From NCBI GenBank assembly GCA_048213135.1, contig PS015101.1:51514-88278 (forward strand): a stretch of 36,765 bases of DNA, read 5' to 3'. Under the pieces are notes generated by a model, which saw only the letters and a list, made by a program, of their open reading frames with translations, did no database searches and was not told where the DNA came from. A program made the position numbers and the translations under genes. How positions within the stretch are numbered: the stretch's first letter is position 1; the number at the start of each line of letters is the position of its first letter. Shown one piece after another: positions 23,066 through 35,034 of the stretch. The DNA comes from Reclinomonas americana ATCC 50394 (taxonomy: Eukaryota).

Positions 23066-25360
23066 ATGCGTGTGTTTTTGCTCATTGCGCTGCTCATTGC
23101 GGCATTGGCGCTCTCTGCGGCTGCAAAGCGAGCCGGCACACGGCAACCACATCGACAGTACAGTTGCGCGCGCGCGTGTGTGTCTCACTGTCTCACTCTC
23201 TGTCACACACTCATCATATGCAGGCGACGATGGGCTCAACTTGCGGCCTATCATTGGCGTTCTCACACAGCCAAGTGATCCGGAGGTAAGATAGAGAGAG
23301 AGGGAAAAATTGTTGTCTTCTTCTCGCATTGTGATATCAACCCATGTGCTCAGTACCAACAATTCGGGCCGGCCATGATCCCTGGTGCGTCTCTTCACTC
23401 ACTTACTCTTACTCTCCTCACTGTTTGTTTGCTTAATCCTTGCATGTGTATGAGCACAGCGGCTTATGTCAAGTGGCTGGAGGTTCGTGCTGCCGTGTTG
23501 TCTTGTGCCGTGTTTGCACTTCCGCATGCCTTGGTGACCCTTGTTTGCTGGGCATTTACTCGGCGTTTGACCCTCAAACTATCGAATCCTCGACCTTTCA
23601 TTCTCTGTCCATTGTTCTGCAAGCCCTCGTCTCTTGATCTCCTGATCTTCCGACGCTTGCCCCTCGAGACGCTTGACTCTTGAACCTTGCATCCCTCGTC
23701 CCTTGATCCTCACCCTTGGACCTCGGACTGTCGAACCCTTGATCTCTTGATCTTCCCACCCTTGTCCCTCCTCGAACCCCGACCCCTCGTTCCTTGACTC
23801 TTGAACCTTTCATCCCTCGTCCCTTGACCTCGAACTCTCGAACCCTTGGATCCTTTGATCTGCCGCACAGACCTTCATCTTCAAGCCCTCGTCTCTTGAT
23901 ATTCGAACCTTTCATCCCTCGTCCCTTGATCCTCATCCTTGACCGTCGACCCTCGTACCCTTGATCTCCTGATCTTCAAGCCCTCGCCCCGTGATCTCTC
24001 GATCTTCCAACCCTCGTCCCTCGTCCCTTGATCTGTCAATCTTCCAACCCTCCTCCCATGACCCTCGAACCCCCGTCTCTTGATCTCTCGTCCCTCGCCC
24101 CTGTCGCCCTTGACCCTCATGACCCTCTGAATTGCGTTCTCTTGCGCACAGGCTGCTGGTGCACGAGTGGTGCCAATCTACTACGACTCGCCTGAGGTAC
24201 GCATGTATCGCTGCTGGATGCTTGGGAAATGCCGCTCATGCCGTGTCTTGCTTTTGTGAAGCCGGTGCTGGAGTTCATGTTCAACAGTGTCAATGGATTG
24301 GTGTTGATTGGCGGCGACACGGATCTCATTGATCATGCGACTCGTTGCGCGACGTCACTCTCTCTCTCTCTCTCCCTTGCTCTCTCTGTGTCTTGACGCT
24401 CTCCACCGACGCAGCGTATCAAATGGCCGCTCGTTACTTGTACCACCGAGCGATTCAGGCGTTTGAGCGTGAGAACGACTACTTCCCAATCTGGGGCACG
24501 TGCCTCGGGTTCGAGCAGCTGTGCATTCTCGGCGGCAACGACCAGTACGACATTCTTGGCAAGTTACGGGCTTTGAACTGAGCGTGCCTGTGTGTGGTGA
24601 CATTATCAGTGCCTGATCTGTCGGAGATGCTAGTTTCGATGCGCAGAACGAGACACTGCCGCTGCAGTTCACCGCCGATGCCGCATTGTCGCGTCTCTTT
24701 GATCCGACGGTCATCCCGATGGCCATTTACTCGGCGCTCTCCAGCAAGCCCATCACCGAGGTGCGTCGTCTCCTCGCTCAAATGCCGGCGTCGTCCACTC
24801 AATCGCAAGTGCACAGAATTACCACCACAACGGTGTCACCCCGCAAGCGTTCATGGCCAACAACAATCTCGCCATGAACTACCGCATCCTGTCGACCAAC
24901 GTGGATCGCAAGGGCGTCACCTTTGTTGCGGCCTCCGATCTCACGTATGAGTTTCTTATTTGTCTCCTTCTCATTCCACTTTCACCGCTCGGCAGATCTC
25001 CAGCATGGAGCATCGTCGCGTGCCAATCTACGCAGTGCAGTTCCACCCCGAACGACCGGCGTTCGAGTGGGACGCAAACGAGAACACACCGCACTCGTTT
25101 GACGCCATTCTGAGGTCTTGGACTTTTCCTCTTTCTTTCTCTCTTCCTCTTTCTCACTCTGTCGCCCCCCTCACAGCGGCCAGTACTTTGCCAACTTCTT
25201 CGTCCAAGAGACGCGCAAGAGCCACCACGGCTTCCCATCGCCGACCATCGAGTCGCACTATCTCATCTACTGGTGCACGTTGCAGCCCACTCTGAATATC
25301 GAATGGTTTTGTGTGTTTTGCGATGAGAAGTGTGTGCGTCGTCGGTCACGATGTTCACAG

Positions 25361-25405
<45 letters not shown>

Positions 25406-25551
25406 TGCGTACATCCAGGTATTCGCAAGAGTCGTACTTTTTCGGCGCCTACCGCAACACCTACGACGGCTCTCAGTGCTACTTCAAGCCAGGCGACGAA
25501 CTCTCGATGGTCGACAATGCTGCCGAGGTGGACGAGGCACCCTCGCGCTAA
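23066..25551 (+). CDS. GGH: Gamma-glutamyl hydrolase (peptidase C26) with signal peptide
   Basis: MRVFLLIALLIAALALSAAA...NLRPIIGVLTQP...MIP|AAYVKWLE|AAGARVVPI...VNGLVLIGG...DYFPIWGTCLGFEQL...NYHHNGV...YAVQFHPERPAFEW...QYFANFFVQETRKS. Confidence 0.95.
23560..24130 (+). repeat. Intronic degenerate minisatellite built from CCCTTGA / CCTCGA / TCTTGATC units
   Basis: Recurrent CATCCCTCGTCCCTTGA, AAGCCCTCGTCTCTTGAT and GACTCTTGAACCTT blocks inside the GGH intron 23484-24150. Confidence 0.8.
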
Positions 25552-25611
25552 ACTCAGTGCTGGAAAAATACTCAACAATGTATATTCGCGATGCAAAAAA
25601 AGAAGCAGGTA

Positions 25612-27576
25612 CTAGCCACGACTCTGCTTTTCTTTTGCTTGCTTGATAAACGCTAGGAGGGATTGTCGGGCAGTGGCCAGGTCTTCCCGGTACGCTGCCG
25701 CGGGATTCGTCAAACACAATTCGTGCAGATAGGGAAGACCGTCGAGATCGCTGGCACGTTCAGGAGACCGCCTTTCGACCTGCAAAGAAGAAACCCACGG
25801 CATCAGCAAGCGCGGCGATCCAGAGAACTAGTTACTCCACACCGACACGCACACACACACACCTTAACAGAGGGTACGAAAGAGTCGGCCTCACGAACGG
25901 CGCTCGGATCGGCGTTGTTATGGTAGAGCTGGGCGAAAAAGTTGACAAACGGCGACTTCCACGAGTCGGGCGCGAAGGAACCCACAGCGCCGAGCTGCTG
26001 CCGATGGATAATAATATTGGCATCGCGCGAGTCGAACGGCGGCGGGTCCGTGTCATCGTGGCGGGGAGTCGACGACGGATCCGTGCCGAAGAAGACGTAG
26101 CCGAGATTGAGGGCAAACGATTTCTTCAGCTGTGCGATGCTCTGGTGCAGCCAGCCGTTGCTCCCGAAGAAGGTGTCCGGGTGAGTCTGCGGTGGTGGGT
26201 GAGGGGATGGCGCGAGGAGGAGGAGAAAGAGTGCTGGGGCGTAAACGTACCACCATAAAGTACTCGCTGCCGTCGGCGTAGGCCTGGAAGAACATGGCGT
26301 TCCAGGGGAACCAGCGCCAGCCGGTGGCTCGTTGGATGCGCATGACCTCGAGGCGAGAGTCGGGTACAGCGCCGCGCCATTGCTGCACAAGGGAAAGGGT
26401 GAGGGGAAGGGAGGGATAAGGGGAGAAGGGGAGAAGGGAGAAGGAGAGGGGGAATGGGGAAAGGGAGAAGGGAGGGGAGAAAAGAGTGGGGGAAGAGTGG
26501 GGGAAGAGTGGGGGAAGAGGGGGAGGAAGAGGAAGAGGAAGAGGAAGAGGAAGGAGGAAGGAGGAAGAGCAGGGGGAAGAGCAAGGGGGAAGAGAAGGGA
26601 GAAGAGAGGGGAAGAGGGGAAAGAGGGGAAGAGAAGGGGAAGAGAGGGGAAAGAGGGGAAAGAGGGGANNNNNNNNNNNNNNNNNNNNGAGAAGAGAAGG
26701 GGGAAGCGAGGGAAGAGAGATGGAGAAAGAAAGAAGTGAGAGTGAGAGGACTCGAGAAGAACGAAAGAGAAGCAGGAAGAGAGAGAAAACAGGAGAGAGA
26801 AATCTCACACACGCCAGACTGTCTCTCCCCGCACTTCTCTCCCTCGATCTCTCATCAACCACGCACCAAATCAAAGTACTCCTTCAGCGTGGCGAGGAAC
26901 CCGTGTTGATCAAACACCGGATCCAGTCCCTCAATGCCGACGTACAGCTCAATGAGATGCGTGTGCGAGTCCACTACAGCACACGAAATGCAGCGGTGAG
27001 TGACAGCTATCGAATGACAAAACACTCCACCAAGGCGACGCACTTTCTATTGTGCGACGGAGTGATGACAAGAAGGTGGTGAAGAACACACACGACTCCA
27101 CGGGGCACGATGAGATGCCGAGCTCGTCGGAGCTGAGGTACACGCCAATTGCCACGCGGGTCTTGTCCTTGGCGGTGCCGGTGATCTCGCGTGGTTGTTT
27201 CTTCACCTGCGAGAAAGGGAAGGGGGCGAGGATTAGGAAAGGATGACGAGGGAGAAAAGAGAAGAGTAACGAAATGATAGAGAAAGGAAGAGAGGAAGGA
27301 AGAGAGTACAAAGGAAGAGTAAGAGAAAAGACGGCGCGACAGAGAGAGAGAGAGAGAGCACGAAAGCAACAAAGCAAGCGTGAGGGAGCAGGAGAGGGAG
27401 AGAGAGATTGAGAGTAAGAGAGGTACCAAAGTGCACACAAATGAGGCGAATGCACAGCGAGATAAACAGCGAGCAACACACACACACGCACGCACACACA
27501 CACACAGAGCGGGCAAGCAAAAGAGAGCAACAAGGTGCAAATGCGTAAAAGAGAGAAGACAGACAGACAGACAGAC

Positions 27577-27621
<45 letters not shown>

Positions 27622-30598
27622 CGAAAGCAACGAAACACGCAGCCAATAGGAGAGATCACGCAGCGCGCAAACACAAACATCGACAGCAAGAAAACAAGAG
27701 TCTCACCTGCTGCATGCCAGAATACGCAATGTCGTCGCGGAACTCCAAATAACAGCGGAGTTCCTGGTCCAACGCCTTGCGATTGTCTTCGTCTGTTACG
27801 CCCACAGGTGAGCATCCGCGCAGAGAGCAGCATCGTACCAAAAAAACAGACGCACCATCAGTGGTGGGCACAAAGGGTGCGGCAGAAAAGTCATTGTCGC
27901 ACAAGCGGCTGCCTTGCGCCAGCGACTGGAAGGTGTGTGTGCAGTGCGTGTGCACACAGTCCACGAGGGGATCGAGAATGAGCTCGAGTGCGGCGCTGTG
28001 CCTGTCGTAGCCTTGAATGTACGAGAAGCACTCGTCGGGATTGGTCGATTGTGGTCGTCGATACAGCGCCACGTGGTCGTCCTCCAGCCGTCGTACGAGA
28101 TCTATGCGGAGGTGATGAGAAGATGAATTAAGAGTAAGCGTGTGACCGATGCACGAAACACTTCAGCGAGCCCGTCAGTCGAACATGCCGGTGATCCACG
28201 TACACGACGCGCGAGTACACGCGCACCGCGTGGCGCACAACCAATGGAGCCCACGACTCGTGTGGAATGTCGAGGTAAAAGTGGAAGCCCTTTGGATCGG
28301 CCGCAAAAAGATCCTGCGCGCGACAGCGTTTAGAGAGGAGAAAGAGAGCGAAATAGAAATAGAGGGAGTGCACAAACCAGCGTGTCGTACACATCCACGT
28401 GCCGCCACATGCGCATCTCGTTCATCGCCGACTGCGTGAAACCGACGGCATAGATGGCCGCTCGTACACCGTAGTCGTAGCGATGCAGCGCGCCGACCAT
28501 GGTCGCCAGTTCCTCCACCGCGCGCTCTTCGTCGACTGCGATGAGGGGAGGGAGAAGGAGGCGAAGTGAGGGAATGGGGGAAGAGGGAAAGAAGAGAGGG
28601 TCGCAGTGAATGCGTTCTTCTGACACTCTATCCCATCTTCTCCTCTCCGTTCGCTCGTTTCGCTGCTTGGCAAGTCACCACCTCTGCGTCCTTTTGTCAC
28701 ACAGACGTCGTGCACTGCTCTTTCTCTTCAATGGAGTGGCCTCTCGTTGGTGCTAAGAAGTAGACAGAAAGCACTACGTGATGGCCTATTCGTATTCGTG
28801 ATTGCATGTGCTCACCGGCTATCAGCACAACGTGCTGCTCTCTCTCTCTCTCTCTCTCTCTGTGGTGTGTATGCCTATTCGCATGCCTGTTGCCCACATT
28901 CCTTTCCATCCCTTCTTCACTTGTCACTGTCGCACAGCTATCAGCTCTCTCTCATGTGCGTATGCGCGTGTTTGCCTATCGTACTCATCGCTACGCTGTC
29001 TAAATTCACGCGCCGCTGTCGCACGATGTCAGAACGATGTGTTGCTCTCTCTCTCTCTCCGTGTTTGGCTATCACCGTTGCATCACTAGGCTTCCTGTTT
29101 GCACGCACAATCAAAGCGTATTGTGCTGTTCTCACGCTCTCAATCGCACAGTTTTCTCCTGTTCCAGCGTGCCCTTCTCCTTCTCTCTCCCACACTCACC
29201 GCGATCGCCATGATTAATGTCCAACACAGGCACGAGAATTACAGTGACCTGCGAGGCCGCCAGCGGATCGCGCACGGTGACCGTGGCCTGCGGATTGTTT
29301 TCGTCATCGCCGAGATCAATCACGGCTCCCGACGATGACGACGAAGATGATGATGACGATGAAGATGAAGATGGTGGCAATGCAGGTGGCGTCGCAGGCG
29401 ACACGGGAATCGGTGCTCCAGTGGCCTGTGCACAGGATTAGAGAGAAGCAGATAGTCACAAATGCATACCGCCATCACGCAACTGCAGCCACCTGCCGAT
29501 CCACAAATCGCTTCACCGACTGCCGCACGGCCTTCTCCAGCTCCTCCAGTCGCTCATTGGTCTCTCGCCGAACCCATCGCTTGAACTGCGGGGGAGAACG
29601 AGAGCGCGAATGAGCAATGGAGGAAGGAAGCGATCGATGAGAGAGGAGTGGAGAAGAAGGGGAAGCTTGAATGCGAGTGAGCGACGGCGTGTGTGCGGGA
29701 GCGAAGGTGAATGCGATGGAGTGAGAGAGAGTGAGCGTGCAAGTGAGTGCGCGATGTTGTAAGCGATGGTGTATGCAATGAAGTGAGTGAGTGAGTGAGA
29801 GAGAGAGAGAGTGAGAGTGTGTGCGTGTATACGGGAGCGAAGGTGCATGCGATGGAGTGTGTGTGAGGGAGAGAGAGAGAGCAGCTGTATGCAATCGGGT
29901 GGTGTGAGCTAAGTGATGGTGTATCCGATGAAGTGAGAGAGTGAGTGAGTGAGTGTGTGTGTGAGCGATACAGTGAATGAGCGATAGNNNNNNNNNNNNN
30001 NNNNNNNAGAGAAAGAGAGAAGAGAGAGAGAGAAAGAGAGAGAGAGAGACAGAGAGAGGGAGGAAGAGAGTGAGAAGAAAGAGAGAAGAAGAGAATACGT
30101 GAGAGTGAAAGAACAAGACGCGTGTCACCCTCTCTCTCTCTCTCGCACACACACACACGCACACACACGCACACACACGCACGCACACACGCACACAGAG
30201 ACACGCACATCCTTGTCAATCAACTCTCTCACACTCTCTCTCCTCTCTTTCTCCCTCCTCCCTCTCTCTCCCTCTCTCTCCTCTCTCTCACACACACACA
30301 CCGAGTTGACCGACTCTGCAACTGCAGCAGTCACCGCCGCCGCATCGACCTTGCCACTCGCACTCTCCTTTCCTGCTGCAGCAGTCGCCGCCGCCGCCGC
30401 CGGGCGCCGCCCATTGGTCGGCCGACTTGAACCTGCCGTCGATCCATCACCAACCACCACAGGCGTCAACGACAACGCACTGTTGTTATCAGTGTTGTTG
30501 TTGTTGCCTCCGCCGCGGAGAATGACCACCAGTGAGATGAGAATGTAGAGAGAGACAGCGCCCACTGTCACGTATCGCCAGTTGATGGCGACTGTCAT
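25612..30598 (-). CDS. Type II membrane glycosyltransferase-like protein, possibly two GT-A-like domains
   Basis: N-terminal TM (YVTVGAVSLYILISLVVIL) and low-complexity stem. Domain 1: AIYAVGF...WAPLVVRHAVRVYSRVVYVD. Domain 2: ELYVGIEGLDPVFD...WNAMFFQAYADGSEYFMV|THPDTFF..GW. Exons link in frame. Function inferred. Confidence 0.6.
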
Positions 30599-31493
30599 TG
30601 TGTGCTTTGGGGGCGCAACGCACACACGGGAAGAGTGGTGTGTGCGTGCGTGTCTTGAGTGATGAGGTGAATGCGAGCACACACAACGCAAATTTTGTTC
30701 ACGATCGGCGTGCGATTGCCTTTTTTAGCGAGACACGTCGTTGGCACCCGTCGCCACTGCCCTTTCAGACCGATATCTATACTCATGCGCGTGTGCGTGT
30801 GTCGCGGAGAGCAAGCGTGGAGAGAGAGAGAGGCGCGTGCGCAGCGGCGAATACAAGTGTGACATACATTACATTGACAATCGAGTCGTTTTCTCGGTAA
30901 ATGGTACTGTTGCCTCAATTCACTGTCTGGTTGCCAAAGTCCAACGATCTCCCCCCAATGCACCAGCACAGAAATGAGTCTTCAAGGCAGCGCGAGACAC
31001 TGGGAGTCGAGCATAAGCCGTCTCAAGGTGGTGATCGTCACGCATGCACTTGTGTTGTTGTTGCGGTCTGCAGCGCAATGCAGCAGTGCCCGAAGATGAT
31101 GAAACTCTCACTGGGCACGCACTCACAGAGACCGCCGACAACCCGCGTGCAACTGCATGTCTTCCGAGACGGACAATTTCGCGCCATTCCGGACCTCAAG
31201 ATGGTGGCCATCAAGCAGCGGTGTTGCGTCGCATCGTCGATGCCAGAGAGGTAGCCACCGCTGCCGTTCTCCATCTGGTTGCTACTGCCACATTGCTGAT
31301 GCTGGTGGCCTGCACCCATTGCACAGAAAGAGCATGCGTAGATCGCACGTCATGTACCACAAAGCAAGCCGCTACAAGTCGAGCCAGCATCACGCGATGT
31401 CCGGCAGCAGCCACTATCCAAAGCAAGCATTTCCGTGCACCTTCAATGGCTCACTCCGCATTCCCTCTCCTCCTCCTTCTCCTCCAGCCAGCC

Positions 31494-32264
31494 TTATTGC
31501 ACGAGCAGGTTGCGGACGGTGCGGCGGACGTACCAGGCGGCGGCGTCGGGGATAATGGCGCGCAGGACGGCGCCGAAGCGGTAAAAGGGCTTGAACCAGA
31601 TCTCGCGGCGCTCCTCGGCCAGGCCCTGGATCATGAGGTCGACGCAGTGCTCCACGCTCATCATCTTGTCCTCGCGGAATTGTCGCGACACGCCGCCCAG
31701 CGACGATTGACTGTGCAATAGAAAGTGAGCAGGCGATTGTGGACACTCTCGTGTGTGTGTGCGGGCGGACGCACCGAATGTCGGTGCGCACAAAGGGCGG
31801 GTAGATCTTGCAGAGGTGCACGCGACGTGACGGCGGCAGGTCCGCGCGCTCATTGTACACCGAGTCGAGGAAGGCTGGCGGGAGGGGGGGGGGCGAGTGA
31901 GCATGCAGTGCACGAGAAGGAGACCACGACGGGGATGCACCATTGAGCGCGGCCTTGGTCGGCGCGTATCCGCTGCGGTAGGGCGGCGAGAAGTAGGCTG
32001 ATGGGGCATGCATTCGTGAGCGAGGAAGATGGCTGAGAGGGAGGGAGAGCAGCAACAAGGGTAGAGATGCCGACAGGCAGATCGAGAGTTGAACTCTGGC
32101 TCTCTCTCTCACTATTTTCCTGTCACCTCCTTGTCTCACCTCGTACTCTGGCTCTCTCACACGTTTCTGCTTCCCTCTCTCTCCGTCTCCTCTATGCCTG
32201 TTCCTCTCGCCTCGTTATCTCTCTGCTTTCTTCTCTGGTTTCGTGTAGTCTCCGTGTCACTATT

Positions 32265-32308
<44 letters not shown>

Positions 32309-33977
32309 GGTTTCTGTTGTTCAGCTTGCTCCTCTCGCCTTGCGCTCTCACACATTTGCCGATAAGTTTCTCTCGGCCTGCGGACTGACTGCGCTGCGAC
32401 ACCACCACCATACTGCAGTGCGGCCCATCGCTGCTGACTGCGGATCTCCTGATGCTCTCTCATCTCTCTCTCTCTCTCTCTCTGGCTGCCAGAGAGAGAG
32501 AGAAACAGGGTAGAATGCAAGAGAATAGAATGAGAGAGCTGAGGCAAAGAGTGACACTAAGAGTTCTCGATACCAGAATATGAAGCGGAGAGTTGGCAAA
32601 GAAAGAAAAAAGAAAGAAAGAAAGAGAGAGATGAGACAGCATCAGGAGTTCCGAAGTCAGCAACGTGGCCGCACTGCAGAATGGTGGTGTCGCTGCCAGT
32701 CTGCAACCTGATCGCCTCTCACTCACTGTGCTCTCTCTGATTTCTCTCTCGCGCCTCTGCCTCGCCTCTCGAGCATCCTCTCAACACACTTTCCTGCAGT
32801 TCTGCTTGCTCCGCTTTCCTTGCCTCCACTCTCCCCCCACACTCACCAGCGAGCGACGACACCACAGCCAGCGTGCCATTCGTCTTCTCCAGCTCCGGCA
32901 GCGCAGCCTTGGTGGTCACCACCGGTCCAATGTAGTTGGTCTCCATCAGCTGGCGGTAGAGCGTGGCCGGATCGTCGACCTCCTCCAGCGTCTTCACCAT
33001 GGAGACTCCGGCGTTGAGAATGACCATGTCGAGCTGGCCTCCGAGAGCGCGCACAGACTCGCGGATCAGACGCTCACAGTCCTCGGGCTTGGAGGCGTCG
33101 GCGACCACCACGGCGGCGGAGGAGCCATTCTCCTGAGAGGGAGAGAGAGGGAGTGAGAGAGAGGAGAGCAGAGGAGAGGAGAGCGTGGTGACTCACTCGG
33201 CAGCGCTGCGCGACAATGTCCAGTTGTTCCTTGCGACGTGCGGACAAGACAAGCCTGCAGAAAGAAGAGAGAGAGAGAGGGAGGAAGGAGGAGAGAGACA
33301 GGAGGGGTGTGAATAAGTGAGTGAGACGAGAGGAAGGACNNNNNNNNNNNNNNNNNNNNNNNNNNNNNNNNNNNNNNNNNNNNNNNNNNNNNNNNNNNNN
33401 NNNNNNNNNNNNNNNNNNNNNNNNNNNNNNNNNNNNNNNNNNNNNNNNNNNNNNNNNNNNNNNNNNNNNNNNNNNNNNNNNNNNNNNNNNNNNNNNNNNN
33501 NNNNNNNNNNNNNNNNNNNNNNNNNNNNNNNNNNNNNNNNNNNNNNNNNNNNNNNNNNNNNNNNNNNNNNNNNNNNNNNNNNNNNNNNNNNNNNNNNNNN
33601 NNNNNNNNNNNNNNNNNNNNNNNNNNNNNNNNNNNNNNNNNNNNNNNNNNNNNNNNNNNNNNNNNNNNNNNNNNNNNNNNNNNNNNNNNNNNNNNNNNNN
33701 NNNNNNNNNNNNNNNNNNNNNNNNNNNNNNNNNNNNNNNNNNNNNNNNNNNNNNNNNNNNNNNNNNNNNNNNNNNNNNNNNNNNNNNNNNNNNNNNNNNN
33801 NNNNNNNNNNNNNNNNNNNNNNNNNNNNNNNNNNNNNNNNNNNNNNNNNNNNNNNNNNNNNNNNNNNNNNNNNNNNNNNNNNNNNNNNNNNNNNNNNNNN
33901 NNNNNNNNNNNNNNNNNNNNNNNNNNNNNNNNNNNNNNNNNNNNNNNNNNNNNNNNNNNNNNNNNNNNNNNNNNNNN

Positions 33978-34052
<75 letters not shown>

Positions 34053-34196
34053 TGTGAGTGTGTCAGTGATTGCGGAGAGAGTGCGGAAGAGAGTGTTGAA
34101 GGAGAGTCGGAGAAAGTAACTCCTGAGTCACACACACACAGAGAGAGAGAGAGCGCGTCCTTGCATGCCTCCCTCGTCTCCCTCGCACCTCGTCTG

Positions 34197-34239
<43 letters not shown>

Positions 34240-34498
34240 GCATGCGCGCAACTGAGTGCCCATGCGGGACAGTGCGTAGGCCAAGTACTCGCCAATGCCC
34301 GAGGAGGCACCAGTGATCACAATGCGCTTGTTCTTGAAGTACTTGTCTGTGTGTGTTGCACGCGAGTGAGTGCTTGTCACTCTCTCTTTCCATTTTGCGC
34401 GCACACTCACCTGCGTCAACACGCGGTCGCAGGTAGTGGTGCCATCCAAAGTAGAGCACAAGAACCCAGCACGAGTAGTAGAGAATGTCTCCGATCAT
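31494..34498 (-). CDS. Short-chain dehydrogenase/reductase (DHRS7/11beta-HSD-like, N-terminal membrane anchor)
   Basis: IVITGASSGIG (TGxxxGxG), LVLSARR, LDMVILNAG, METNYIG, VVSSLA, YAPTK (YxxxK), PPFVRT. Confidence 0.93.
33978..34050. repeat. (GT)n microsatellite next to an assembly gap, inside an SDR intron
   Basis: Pure GT dinucleotide run. Confidence 0.95.
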
Positions 34499-35034
34499 GA
34501 TTGATTGAATGAGTGAGAGCGGAGATGACGAGAAAGTCCGACATGTGTGGGACGACGAGGAGCCTCGGAGGCAGTTAAGCAGCGAGCTATCCAATGGTGC
34601 GTACTGGAAAGACAGTGGCGTGAATGGAGCTTTGTGAGATCAGAGCTGCATTTGCACTTGTGGTGGCGCGACGTTCGAAGTTGCGTGCGCAATCAATCCG
34701 AAACCGGCTTGTTGCATGCAAGCTGCAGCTGCAGGTTCGCTGTGTTCAGAGTGGGTTGCTGCCTGCTACTGCGCACCTTATTCATGGTATGAGTGAACGA
34801 TTCCTGATATCGGTGCGGTCTAGACGTCTGGTTTTCACTCGTCAAAGCCAATATTAATCTGCATCGGCGTCCGCCAGATCGGCCGACTCGTCATCCGGTT
34901 CACGCTCACCAAGCCGCCATGTTCCCAGCAGCACACAGTGATGACAGTACACAATGTTTGCGATTTCCAGGCTCGCTGGAATGGAAGCAAATGAGTGGAG
35001 AGACACATCGGCAGGGCGCTAGCGCGATGACGAC

